From Oceanispirochaeta sp. (GTDB taxonomy: Bacteria > Spirochaetota > Spirochaetia > DSM-2461), in the NCBI GenBank assembly GCA_963666275.2, contig CAXXOA010000001.1:736001-800000 (forward strand): 64,000 nt of DNA, written 5' to 3'. Below are positions 1-9,522 of this stretch, in pieces. The notes beneath the pieces are model-generated. The model was not told the DNA's origin and did not search any database. It saw only the letters and a list, made by a program, of their open reading frames with translations. Made by a program: the position numbers and the translations under genes. Numbering within the stretch: the first letter of the stretch is position 1; each line of letters begins with the position of its first letter.

Positions 1-937
1 GATCCTCAGTATCACACAGGATGGCAACGGCAACATTGTGGCGGCGGATTTTGATGGCAATTCCGTGTCTGTCATGACGGATATGGCGACCCTCTATGCC
101 GGGCTGTTTCTGAGAATCAACAGAGTTGCAACAGGGGAATACCCTCTGGTTCATGTTGACTTTACCGTAGAGGACCGCTGGGGAAAACCAGTGGTGGGAC
201 TGGGGCAGAGAAATTTCTTTCTGCGGGAAAACAGCCTTTCCATCGGAGATTTCGATCTGACCTACACCGGGTATGATAACCGGGAACTGGATGTGGCGGT
301 TCTTGTTGACAACAGCAGTGCCATGAGAAGCCGACAGGGATTGATTCAGGACGGCGTGAGGAGCCTGTTTCAGAATCTTCAGACCGGAGATGAAGCCCAC
401 CTCCTCGCCGTCAGAGACACCCCCCAGGTTCTGCTGGAACCGGGAGATGATCTGCTGGATATTCTTCCGGAACTGACTTCAAGCTGGTCAGATACAACCG
501 ATGTGGCATCGGGAATCCGTCTGGGAGCATCCCAGCTGATCCCCGATAGAAAACGGAAGGCCCTTTTCTTTTTTACAGACGGCCGGATCCATCCCGATAC
601 ATTCGTAAATTACGGTCTTCAGGACATGGCTCAGTATCTGAATAACAACGGAATCAGTTTTTTTCCTGTCTATATGGACCCGGATTTCAGAAATTCCGAG
701 CTTGATTATATTGCCAAGGAAACCGGCGGCGAAGGGGTCTATCTTCTGCAGCCCCGGGGGATTCTTCCTCTTCTGGATAAGGTGCGCAGAGCTGCCAGCG
801 GTTTCTATACACTCAGCTACAACGCTGTGAACCCTACGGACTTCGGTCAGGCCTATATTCCCGTTTCTCTTGAGGTAAACTACATCAGCAAGAGCGGCAG
901 AGATGAGCTGGGCTATTTCGGACCTCTGGAATATTGA
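1..937 (+). CDS. VWA-domain protein, probably with N-terminal NHL/beta-propeller repeats (5'-truncated by window edge)
   Basis: Frame is open back to base 2 (ILSITQDGNGNIVAADFDGNSVSV, NHL-like). VWA motifs VAVLVDNSSAM, FFTDG, IAKETGG. Confidence 0.75.
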   Translation, partial: ILSITQDGNGNIVAADFDGNSVSVMTDMATLYAGLFLRINRVATGEYPLVHVDFTVEDRWGKPVVGLGQRNFFLRENSLSIGDFDLTYTGYDNRELDVAVLVDNSSAMRSRQGLIQDGVRSLFQNLQTGDEAHLLAVRDTPQVLLEPGDDLLDILPELTSSWSDTTDVASGIRLGASQLIPDRKRKALFFFTDGRIHPDTFVNYGLQDMAQYLNNNGISFFPVYMDPDFRNSELDYIAKETGGEGVYLLQPRGILPLLDKVRRAASGFYTLSYNAVNPTDFGQAYIPVSLEVNYISKSGRDELGYFGPLEY

Positions 938-1275
938 TGGGATTGATCAGAAGAGGGTTAAAAGACCGCTGGACCGGAAAATGGGAGAGTTACTGTCACT
1001 GCTGCGGGAAATGCTGTTACGAAAAAGAGTATATTCCCGGAGGTATTCTTATTACCGATTATAATAAACCCTGCCGATTCCTGGATGAGGAATCAAAACG
1101 CTGCCGGGTCTATGTAAACCGCTTCAATGCCTGTAAGGAGTGCCGGAAGGTGACTCTCTGGACAGCTCTGTTCTCTCCGGCCCTTCCGCCGGACTGCGGG
1201 TATGTGGTTCATGTCAGGAAGGTTCTGAAAACGGGGAACCTGAAAAAGTGGTTTCATAAATGGAAAACCCTGTAG
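934..1275 (+). CDS. YkgJ/CxxCxxCC cysteine-cluster protein
   Basis: CHCCGKCC, PCRFLD, CRVYVNRF, LPPDCGY; overlaps the upstream stop codon. Confidence 0.8.
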   Translation: MMGLIRRGLKDRWTGKWESYCHCCGKCCYEKEYIPGGILITDYNKPCRFLDEESKRCRVYVNRFNACKECRKVTLWTALFSPALPPDCGYVVHVRKVLKTGNLKKWFHKWKTL

Positions 1276-1295
1276 GAATCCCTGCAGGGTTTTTT
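1264..1295. terminator. Bidirectional intrinsic terminator
   Basis: AAAACCCTGTAGG-aatc-CCTGCAGGGTTTTTT between convergent genes. Confidence 0.75.
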
Positions 1296-1319
1296 CAATT
1301 CTTAAGGAGATCTTAACTG

Positions 1320-2012
1320 TTATTCCGCATTGATGGCGATAAGCCGCCAGCCTTCTCTGTACTCCCGGAAATAGAAAATGTGGGAAGCTCCGGGAAGCCC
1401 TGTTTTCTCGAAAAACAGTTCAGATCCCAGTTCGGTCATATTGAGTCTGACTGTCCAGGATGAGCCCTCTTTTTTGATAAAGTAACGATTGAAATCATAC
1501 AGGAGGGAAGGATCCGTGGATTCAAGAGGATATTTTTCAAAGGCATATACAAGATATTCCGATACTTCCTCCTTTGTGACTCCCTGATCGTATCCGGGCA
1601 GATAGAGCCTTGTGGATATCAGCGACATCACACCGCTCAGGTCTTCGGCAAAGACGGCTCTCATCAGCTTCGAAAAGAAATACCGGACTGCCGAAGCTTC
1701 CTTGCCGCTCGGTCTGGCCGGGGCGGCTGTCTGGATCTGAGCCGGCTCTGCAGGTGCTGTCACCACGGCGGATCCGGTCTTGCCTGCCTCTCTGGCCGCC
1801 TCGATGTCGGGGTAGACCGCAAGGGCGATGGCCTTGAAGCTTTCGGCTTTATCGTTCTCTCCCAGACGGGCATAATTTTCTGATACGGCAAGATAGGCAT
1901 CAGCAATCATCAGCCGTTCGGTGGCGGGATAGGATTCGTAAAAATTTTCTGCTCCCGCTGCAGATAGCAGACAGCTGAATAGAATGAGTGTTATTAGCAG
2001 TTTCCTGATCAT
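1320..2012 (-). CDS. Exported hypothetical protein (signal peptide, TPR-like helices, Ala/Pro linker, possibly NTF2-like C-terminal domain)
   Basis: N-terminal MIRKLLITLILFSCLLSAAGA; GGAG RBS; C-terminal EGWRLIAI. Confidence 0.65.
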   Translation of the reverse strand: MIRKLLITLILFSCLLSAAGAENFYESYPATERLMIADAYLAVSENYARLGENDKAESFKAIALAVYPDIEAAREAGKTGSAVVTAPAEPAQIQTAAPARPSGKEASAVRYFFSKLMRAVFAEDLSGVMSLISTRLYLPGYDQGVTKEEVSEYLVYAFEKYPLESTDPSLLYDFNRYFIKKEGSSWTVRLNMTELGSELFFEKTGLPGASHIFYFREYREGWRLIAINAE

Positions 2013-2104
2013 CTTCTTCTCCCGTTAATAGGCGTTCTTTTATGTCTCTCTTTACTATAATCCTCCTGTGCTGAAAAGTAAATCATCATAATATCAAGCT
2101 GAGA

Positions 2105-2133
2105 TTGATAGTCCCTTAAAAAATCAGTACATT
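2105..2133 (+). promoter_or_regulatory. Sigma70-type promoter of clpS (probably leaderless)
   Basis: TTGATA-N17-TACATT, 6 nt before ATG 2140, no SD. Confidence 0.55.
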
Positions 2134-2139
2134 AATAGT

Positions 2140-2454
2140 ATGGCAGAGAGACAAAATCACTTTGACGGTGAAATACTTGAGAAAGTGGAAGAAGGATTGA
2201 AAGAACCCGGCATGTACAGGGTTCTTCTTTTGAATGATGATTATACGACACAGGACTTCGTTGTGGAGATCCTGATAACGGTTTTTCATAAGGCCCCGGT
2301 GGACGCCACCAGAATTATGCTGGACGTGCATAAGAAGGGCCGCGGTATTGTGGGGCTTTACCCCTTTGACATTGCCTCCACCAAGGTAAAACAGGTGAAG
2401 GATATGTCCAGGCAGAGGGAATTCCCCCTCAAATGCGTCATGGAGAAGGCCTGA
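2140..2454 (+). CDS. clpS: ATP-dependent Clp protease adaptor ClpS
   Basis: MYRVLLLNDDYTTQDFVV, MLDVHKKG, FPLKC. Confidence 0.97.
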   Translation: MAERQNHFDGEILEKVEEGLKEPGMYRVLLLNDDYTTQDFVVEILITVFHKAPVDATRIMLDVHKKGRGIVGLYPFDIASTKVKQVKDMSRQREFPLKCVMEKA

Positions 2455-2458
2455 GGTT

Positions 2459-4765
2459 ATGAATATAAGTCAGGAATTGCAGATTATTGTAAATACAGCG
2501 TATCAGGAAGCCAGAAGCCGGAATCATGAGTTCTTTACTCCCGAGCATCTTCTGTATACCTCCCTGGATTTCTCCGATCCCAGAGAGATCATGGAATCCT
2601 GCGGAGCCGATCCGGATGAGATTAAAATAGATCTGGAAGAGTATTTCGCCCGGTATCTGACAACCGTAACAGGCATGGAACCGGTACAGACTGAAGGGCT
2701 CCAGAATGTGATTGAGAGGACCATGCTCCAGATGAGCTCCGCCGGAAAGGAATGGATCGATATCGGCGACATCCTGGTCTCTATTCTGGAGGAGCCTGAG
2801 AGCTTCGCCGCCTATTATATGAAAAAATCCGGTGTTACACGGCTGGATCTGCTGACAGCGGTTTCCCATCTGGTTGCCTCCAATCCTGATCTGGATGAAA
2901 TGGATGAGGATGAGTATATGGGGCAGGATGATGAGATGGATGAGGATTTTCATGAATATCAGACCTCTCAGACTGCGGGCAGAAGCAAAAAGAAGAAAAA
3001 GAGCGCCCTGGATGCGTATACGACGAATCTCACTGCTCTGGCGGAGCAGGGCAAACTGGAACCCCTTATCGGCCGGGAGGAAATCCTGGAAAGAACCATA
3101 CAGGTCCTTTCAAGAAGGCTGAAAAACAACCCTGTCCATGTAGGGGATCCCGGTGTGGGAAAAACAGCCATCACCGAAGGTCTGGCCTGGCGGATCCATC
3201 AGGAGGAGGTTCCTGCCTTCCTTAAGGGGGCGAAGATCTTTTCCCTTGACATGGGAAGTCTCCTGGCGGGAACCAGGTTCAGAGGGGATTTCGAAGAGAG
3301 GATCAAGCTGGTTCTGAAAGAGCTGGAAGCCATAGACAATGTTATCCTGTTTATCGATGAAATCCATACGATTATCGGGGCCGGATCCGTTTCCGGCGGC
3401 AGTATGGATGCGGGAAATCTTCTGAAGCCGGCTCTGGTGAGAGGATCCCTCCGCTGTATCGGCTCCACAACCTACGATGAATTCAAGAAACATTTTGAAA
3501 AGGACCATGCTCTGGCAAGGCGTTTTCAGAAAATAGATGTTCCCGAGACAAGCCTTGATGAAACTAGACAGATCCTGAAAGGGCTGCAGAGCGTTTATGA
3601 AGAGCATCACGGTGTGATCTTCACTCCCGAAGCCATAGAGGCCGCGGTGACCCTTTCGGATCAGTATATCAATGAAAAGCATCTTCCCGACAAGGCGATC
3701 GACCTGATTGATGAAGCCGGTGCCTGGAAGAGGCTGAAAGCCGAAAAAGAGGGCACCGCCGGAACAAATCAGACCGTTACGGAACAGGATGTGGAGAAGG
3801 TTGTCGCAACCATAGCCCGGATTCCCGAGAAGAGTGTGTCCGTCAATGAAACGGATAAGCTTAAAACTCTGGATACGGCACTCAAAGCGAACCTTTACGG
3901 TCAGGATGAAGCGGTTGATGCTGTCACCATGGCAATCAGACGGTCCCGTGCGGGATTCCGTCAGCCCGGGAAGCCCATCGCATCCTTTCTGTTTGTTGGA
4001 CCCACCGGAGTGGGGAAAACAGAGCTGGCCCGTCTTCTGGCGGAAGAGCTGGGAGTATCTCTTCACCGGATCGATATGAGTGAGTATCAGGAGAAACATA
4101 CGGTCTCCCGTCTGATAGGATCTCCTCCCGGTTACGTGGGGTATGAAGAGGGAGGCCTGCTGACCGATACCATCCGGAAAAACCCCCATGCGGTGCTTCT
4201 CCTCGATGAAATTGAAAAGGCCCATGCCGATGTATTCAATATTCTCCTGCAGATGATGGATTATGCCACGGTAACGGATAATATGGGACGGAAAGCCGAT
4301 TTCAGGCACGCCGTTATCATTATGACATCCAATGCGGGCGCCCGGGATATGGGCCGGTCTGTCATCGGCTTCGGAGGGGAAACCATCTCTACCGAAGCTG
4401 TGGACGGTGCGGTCAACAGGATCTTCACTCCCGAATTTCGGAACCGGCTTGATAAGATCATTACCTTTCACGGTCTTCCCGATGAGGTGGTTCAGTCCAT
4501 TGTGAGGAAGGAAATCAAAGGTTTCGAGAAACAGCTGAACGAAAAGAATGTCACCCTGGAGGTCAGCGATGAGTGTATCCGCTGGCTGGCCGAGAAGGGG
4601 TACTCCCGGGAGTACGGAGCCAGGAATATTTCCCGGCTTGTGGATGATAAGATCAAGACTTTCTTTGTGGATCAGGTGCTCTTCGGGAATCTCTCCTCAG
4701 GAGGAAAAGCCCGGGCGGATATCAGAGAGGATGATGTTGTCATCGAGGTCCTGAGCAGTGAGTGA
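2459..4765 (+). CDS. clpA: ATP-dependent Clp protease ATP-binding subunit ClpA
   Basis: Two AAA+ modules (GDPGVGKT, FIDEIH; GPTGVGKT, LLDEIEKAH), IGF ClpP-docking loop, no M-domain, follows clpS. Confidence 0.96.
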   Translation: MNISQELQIIVNTAYQEARSRNHEFFTPEHLLYTSLDFSDPREIMESCGADPDEIKIDLEEYFARYLTTVTGMEPVQTEGLQNVIERTMLQMSSAGKEWIDIGDILVSILEEPESFAAYYMKKSGVTRLDLLTAVSHLVASNPDLDEMDEDEYMGQDDEMDEDFHEYQTSQTAGRSKKKKKSALDAYTTNLTALAEQGKLEPLIGREEILERTIQVLSRRLKNNPVHVGDPGVGKTAITEGLAWRIHQEEVPAFLKGAKIFSLDMGSLLAGTRFRGDFEERIKLVLKELEAIDNVILFIDEIHTIIGAGSVSGGSMDAGNLLKPALVRGSLRCIGSTTYDEFKKHFEKDHALARRFQKIDVPETSLDETRQILKGLQSVYEEHHGVIFTPEAIEAAVTLSDQYINEKHLPDKAIDLIDEAGAWKRLKAEKEGTAGTNQTVTEQDVEKVVATIARIPEKSVSVNETDKLKTLDTALKANLYGQDEAVDAVTMAIRRSRAGFRQPGKPIASFLFVGPTGVGKTELARLLAEELGVSLHRIDMSEYQEKHTVSRLIGSPPGYVGYEEGGLLTDTIRKNPHAVLLLDEIEKAHADVFNILLQMMDYATVTDNMGRKADFRHAVIIMTSNAGARDMGRSVIGFGGETISTEAVDGAVNRIFTPEFRNRLDKIITFHGLPDEVVQSIVRKEIKGFEKQLNEKNVTLEVSDECIRWLAEKGYSREYGARNISRLVDDKIKTFFVDQVLFGNLSSGGKARADIREDDVVIEVLSSE

Positions 4766-5507
4766 TCCCGGCTTTCCCTGGCTGGAAGTTCATGATTTTT
4801 TTCCTTTTCCTCCTCCGGAAACATGGGAAGATGATATTGTCGGAGTGGGAGGTAATCTCTCTCCGGGAATGCTTATCTCCGCCTATGCCCAGGGGATCTT
4901 TCCCTGGTTTAACGAGGGGGAGGATATCCTCTGGTGGAGTCTGGATCCCCGGTTTATCCTTTATCCAGAAAATCTGAAGGTCTCCAAAAGTATGAGGAAA
5001 CTCATAAAAGCCGGTCATTTCTCTGTGGTCGTTGACAGGGACTTTGCCGGGATAATGGACGGCTGCGCCTCTATCGTCCGCAAAGGAGAGGAGGGAACCT
5101 GGATCAGCGGTGATATGAAAGAGGCCTACTGCCGCCTCCATGATCTGGGATTTGCCCATTCCGTCGAGGTGTACAGGGAACAGGAGCTGGTGGGGGGCCT
5201 CTACGGCATATCCCTGGGGAGCTGCTTTATAGGAGAATCCATGTTTGCCCGGGAGTCCAATGCCTCCAAAACGGCTCTGATTGCCCTGACCTGGTATCTG
5301 CAGGAAAAAGGGTTTGCCTTTGTAGACTGTCAGCAGCATACGCCGCACCTTGAAACCATGGGAGCGGTGGATGTTTCCCGGGATACCTTTCTGCAGGAGC
5401 TCAAAGCCAGTCTGCGGACACCCACCTACAGAGGAAACTGGGGAGACCTGTTTAAGGATTTTCCCCATTCAGCCAAATGGAAGGCTCTGAGAGGGGCGTC
5501 TCATTGA
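4758..5507 (+). CDS. aat: Leucyl/phenylalanyl-tRNA--protein transferase
   Basis: AYAQGIFPW, GTWI, AHSVEV, LVGGLYG, GESMF, DCQ. Confidence 0.95.
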   Translation: MSDPGFPWLEVHDFFPFPPPETWEDDIVGVGGNLSPGMLISAYAQGIFPWFNEGEDILWWSLDPRFILYPENLKVSKSMRKLIKAGHFSVVVDRDFAGIMDGCASIVRKGEEGTWISGDMKEAYCRLHDLGFAHSVEVYREQELVGGLYGISLGSCFIGESMFARESNASKTALIALTWYLQEKGFAFVDCQQHTPHLETMGAVDVSRDTFLQELKASLRTPTYRGNWGDLFKDFPHSAKWKALRGASH

Positions 5508-6571
5508 AAAAGGGATTTTTGAAGATCCTGTTCCTTCTCCTGTTTTTTCCCCTGTCCGCCCAGATCTCTGAGGGCCCTGCGGATGATCCTCTGGAGAGGC
5601 AGTATCATCTGGATCTGCTCAAGTCCCAGGCGCTGGATGCCATGAGCCGGGGAGATATCGAACAGGCCATAAGGATCCTTGATACAGCCATCGCTATGGC
5701 ACCGGCTAACAGCCAGCTGCTGGATATGAGGAGTTCTCTTATGGAACTGCAGCTCATAAGCCGTGAAAAACTTCCCCCTGAAGATGAAAGCGATACGGAT
5801 AAACCGGAGTTTTATAATCCCGAGGAACCTTCGCCCTCTGTTCCGGAGGAAGAGGAGAATCTGGACGCTCCGGATTTTGAAGAGGAACACTTTGCGGGAA
5901 AGCAGTTTGAAACACCGGCGCTCTACAGGGATTACCTTTCTCTCTCCGCCGGCACGGCTCTCGGCTACTCTCTGCCTGTTTTCCTGGATAATCAGGAGTT
6001 TTATCAGCATCAGAGCAGTGATGAACGCTCTCCTTTCTATAGTGTCTTCGGCGACTTTCAGTACTATTTCCAGGGGGTGGACCGGGCTCTGGGGGTCAAC
6101 ATCCGGTATTACGGGAACCTTGTGAATCCGGACCGGGCGGATCTTCTGGACCACCAGGTGGACCTGGCTCTGCAGATGCGCGGATTTTTCCGGGAATCCG
6201 TGGAAGCCCGGTCGGTCATCGGTGTCAGATTCGGCGTGTCCCTGCTTTTTATGGATGAGTATGTCCGCGAAGATCCCCGTCCGGCCCTGGCCAATGCCCT
6301 GACTTTCGGCGTTTTCTATCATGATGCGCTTTTCCGCCATATCTTCAGCAATTCGGTATTTTTTCAGAAACTTGTCTTCGATGCGGGAGTGAACTACTAC
6401 TATCTGACCCTTACGGAGAACAGCTCCATGATCAGGTACAACGGGGGGATCTCCTATGAGTTTTTCCCCGATGTCCGTATAGGGGTGGTGAGCCGGTTTG
6501 CCAGTACCGACCAGGATATTCAGAGTCTCACTTCCTGGGATACGGGCCTGCAGATCACATACAATCTGTGA
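5504..6571 (+). CDS. Putative outer-membrane protein (signal peptide, TPR helix pair, acidic linker, beta-barrel-like C-terminus)
   Basis: TTG start overlapping the aat stop with GAGGGG RBS; signal ...PLSAQ; alternating beta-strands ending GLQITYNL. Confidence 0.6.
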   Translation: MKKGFLKILFLLLFFPLSAQISEGPADDPLERQYHLDLLKSQALDAMSRGDIEQAIRILDTAIAMAPANSQLLDMRSSLMELQLISREKLPPEDESDTDKPEFYNPEEPSPSVPEEEENLDAPDFEEEHFAGKQFETPALYRDYLSLSAGTALGYSLPVFLDNQEFYQHQSSDERSPFYSVFGDFQYYFQGVDRALGVNIRYYGNLVNPDRADLLDHQVDLALQMRGFFRESVEARSVIGVRFGVSLLFMDEYVREDPRPALANALTFGVFYHDALFRHIFSNSVFFQKLVFDAGVNYYYLTLTENSSMIRYNGGISYEFFPDVRIGVVSRFASTDQDIQSLTSWDTGLQITYNL

Positions 6572-6592
6572 GATCTTTCCTACAGGACTTTC

Positions 6593-8161
6593 TCAGGCGA
6601 TATCCATAAACACTTTTATTCTCCCCGGCTGCGCCCAGTTACAGGTTCCCTGCATTCTCTGTTTCTGAAGAAGGGAGTTTATCAGGGGGTTCTGCAGCTC
6701 TTCCAGTATTTTCAGGGCATCCTCCTTTTTCTGAAAGGAGCAGTAGGCCTGAAGCGCCTGATTGGGGATCCATGGTTTCTCTCTGTATCGGGAAAACATC
6801 CGGGGGAGGAAGTCTTTTTTGCCGTAGGATTCCCATACGATCTTCCAGGGGGCAAAGGTATAGGGCCCGATACCCAGTAGACCCCAGTAGGTCCCGTTTT
6901 TCATCCGGGACTGCATGAGGATTCCCTTCCGGCTTTCCAGGAGCTCTCTGTTTCTCTCTACATAAGCGAAAGCCAGAGGGTAGGCGGCCAGTTCCTCTCT
7001 GCTGAGAATTCTCCCCTCATCTGAGTAGGGCAGGAAGATAAATTTATCCGGAACCGGGGTCTCTTTGAACTGATTTCTGCCTATCAGAGGATAGATGAGC
7101 TCTTCCGGCAGATCGACTGTCCCCTCCCTGTTGCCGACCCGGACGATTCCCGGTTTCAGAGGAAGGCAACTGCTGAAAATGTAGAAACTGTTCCGTCCTC
7201 CCGTATTGATGCCCTGCCGGGGCTGGGAGGATTTCTCTATCTGTATCCGGGGGATTTCCCGGGGGATTTCGCTGCGGTCGGTTTCTACAATATAGGCGCT
7301 GCCGGGAGAGGATATCGGCCGGGCCCACTGCTTTTCCCATCGGGAATTTTCCAGCGTGTAGTAGGGGATCGGTGCTTCGGGTTTCCGGTCCGTCTCGATG
7401 GAGAGGAAACCGCACCTTGTGGAGACATCCTGAAAAATTTCCTGTCCGTTGAAATCCCGGATCTCCCGGATGCGGAAATCTCTCTTTCCCAGGGAACCTT
7501 TTCTGAACCGGTTGTGGGCTCCTTCGTTGAGAATGACCGAAAGGGGGGTGAAGAAGTAGGCCTTCCCCCGGGGATGCAGATTCTCCGACAGGGTTTTCAT
7601 CATTACCAGGGCGGCCAGATCTATGCGGGAGTTTCCCAGGAGCAGCTCCCCCGGGGCGCCCGCCAGTCCATAATGAAGAAAAAGGGGTTTCGCCTTCTCT
7701 TTCTGGGATTCTTCCATGTCGGTAAAGTTCAGCCAGGGGGGATTTCCGAAAAGGATATCGGCCTTACAGGATGCCTGATCATCCAGGATGTCTCCCTGTC
7801 TGATCGTATACTCCGGCAGCCGCAGCCTGTAGCGGCTGCGGATCCTTTCAGTAAAGTCCCGGAAAAACGCGGGTTCCAGTTCAATGCCCCCCAGGGATGA
7901 AAGCATTTTTTCCGTTATGGGGATTTCCTCGTTTAAAGTGGTCCGGATAAGGGATTCCAGAAGGGCTCCGTTCCCGGCTGTCGGGTCGAGAATGACCGCC
8001 CCGTCTGCCCAGTCCCTGTGGATCTGATAGGTACGCACCATGAAATCCGCCTGGTCGGCAGGAGTAAAGAAGGCACCCAGGTTTTTTCGCCTTACTCTTG
8101 TTAGACCCTGTTCTTCCCGGCTGAGGTCTCCTGATGTTTTCTGAAGCTTTTCTGCTCCCAT
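6593..8161 (-). CDS. SAM-dependent N6-adenine DNA methyltransferase (gamma class, TaqI/Eco57I-like), orphan
   Basis: GAFFTP, motif I ILDPTAGNG, motif IV GNPPW, C-terminal TRD-like region; ATG 8161 has an AGGA RBS. Confidence 0.85.
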   Translation of the reverse strand: MGAEKLQKTSGDLSREEQGLTRVRRKNLGAFFTPADQADFMVRTYQIHRDWADGAVILDPTAGNGALLESLIRTTLNEEIPITEKMLSSLGGIELEPAFFRDFTERIRSRYRLRLPEYTIRQGDILDDQASCKADILFGNPPWLNFTDMEESQKEKAKPLFLHYGLAGAPGELLLGNSRIDLAALVMMKTLSENLHPRGKAYFFTPLSVILNEGAHNRFRKGSLGKRDFRIREIRDFNGQEIFQDVSTRCGFLSIETDRKPEAPIPYYTLENSRWEKQWARPISSPGSAYIVETDRSEIPREIPRIQIEKSSQPRQGINTGGRNSFYIFSSCLPLKPGIVRVGNREGTVDLPEELIYPLIGRNQFKETPVPDKFIFLPYSDEGRILSREELAAYPLAFAYVERNRELLESRKGILMQSRMKNGTYWGLLGIGPYTFAPWKIVWESYGKKDFLPRMFSRYREKPWIPNQALQAYCSFQKKEDALKILEELQNPLINSLLQKQRMQGTCNWAQPGRIKVFMDIA

Positions 8162-8264
8162 ACCTGTCCTTTCCCCGGAGGGCTCCAAAGGGGTGGAGTT
8201 GATTATAGGACAGGTTGGGAGGGAAAACAAGCAAGGTTTCAGATCTTGGGGCTCCCTATGGGGG

Positions 8265-9299
8265 TCAGGGAGGGGTTATCTCTCCGTTGATGTCCCAGAG
8301 GTCCTCCCAGGTCTGATTCTCTTTCCAGAGAAAAACCTGCCCTTTGATCAGACGGCAGTCCTTGTCAATTTTTGAAAGTTCTTCCATTTCGGCGTCACTG
8401 AGGGGATCTTCCACAATGGTTTTCAGATTACTCAGGATGTTCCGTCTTTTCGTGGAAAAGGGGATAGGCACCTGTCCGTGCTGAACCCCCCATTTCAGGC
8501 AGACTGAAACAGGATGGATATTATGGGCTTCCGCGATCTTTCTGACAACGGGATCTTCTATATCCACTGTATCCGTAGACGTTCTGTCCCTTTCGGGGCG
8601 GTTGGGGGATCCTATGGGAGAGAATCCAATGGGCTGAATACCCTGTTCCACTACATAGGCAAAGAGTTCGGGCTGCTGAAAATGGGGATGCAGTTCCATT
8701 TCATTGGCCGCCGGCTTTATCCGGCATTCCTGCAGGACTCCCTTAAGCTTGGGAATCGTCATATTGGACGTTCCAATCTGTTTTACAAGACCCCGATCCA
8801 CCAGTTCTTCCATCTGTTTCCATGTTTTCGTGAAATTTTCGAGAATGAAAGGTTTGGCATCGGGGCTCCGGGAATCCACACTGCATCCGGGGGGATGGTA
8901 GTTGGGGAAGGGCCAGTGGACCAGGTAGAGATCCAGATAGTCCAGCTGCAGATCCTTCAGGGTCTGTTCGCAGGATTCGATGACCCTGTCATGCATATCA
9001 TTCCATACTTTTGAAGTCACCCAGAGTTCTTCCCGGGGAATTCCTCCTTTCAGTATGGTCTGGAAAGCCTGACCGATCTCTTTTTCATTGCCGTAAACCG
9101 AGGCACAGTCAAAATGCCTGTATCCCAGTTCTGCTGCTTCGATGACTGCATTGGCGATTTCCACAGCCGAAACGCTGTCTGAACCGAAGGTTCCCAGCCC
9201 CACTGCCGGTATCCGGGCGCCTGTATACAGTTTTTTCCGGGGAACCCGGCCGGGATCTATGCCATCTTCCGCCGGGGAAAAGGTTGTTTTTATATCCAT
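8265..9299 (-). CDS. Aldo/keto reductase
   Basis: GLGTF, GYRHFDCASVYGNE, LDLYLVHWP, IGTSN, EMELHP. Confidence 0.93.
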   Translation of the reverse strand: MDIKTTFSPAEDGIDPGRVPRKKLYTGARIPAVGLGTFGSDSVSAVEIANAVIEAAELGYRHFDCASVYGNEKEIGQAFQTILKGGIPREELWVTSKVWNDMHDRVIESCEQTLKDLQLDYLDLYLVHWPFPNYHPPGCSVDSRSPDAKPFILENFTKTWKQMEELVDRGLVKQIGTSNMTIPKLKGVLQECRIKPAANEMELHPHFQQPELFAYVVEQGIQPIGFSPIGSPNRPERDRTSTDTVDIEDPVVRKIAEAHNIHPVSVCLKWGVQHGQVPIPFSTKRRNILSNLKTIVEDPLSDAEMEELSKIDKDCRLIKGQVFLWKENQTWEDLWDINGEITPP

Positions 9300-9522
9300 G
9301 GTTTTATCCTCTCCTTTGGAGTTTTAGTGTGTTAGAACACTTAGGTTTTCATCCATTTATACTATGGTTTTGTCACTTTGGCAATGGAATTTCGAGGTAT
9401 TTCCCGCCGAATCCGGATTTTGCTGTAAAATAGAAGGGAGATTTCCTCCCCCTTATTGTAAAGGACAGGGGCATCTGATAATAATTAAAAAATAGGGATC
9501 CGTTAACTATTCGAGGTTTTAA

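Noticed and set aside
3110..4471. 453-aa minus-strand ORF, and similar long antisense ORFs at 13572-14678, 21491-22744, 22350-23231 and 60042-61100
   Set aside because: They lie opposite well-supported genes, have no motifs, and fit codon-bias shadow frames.
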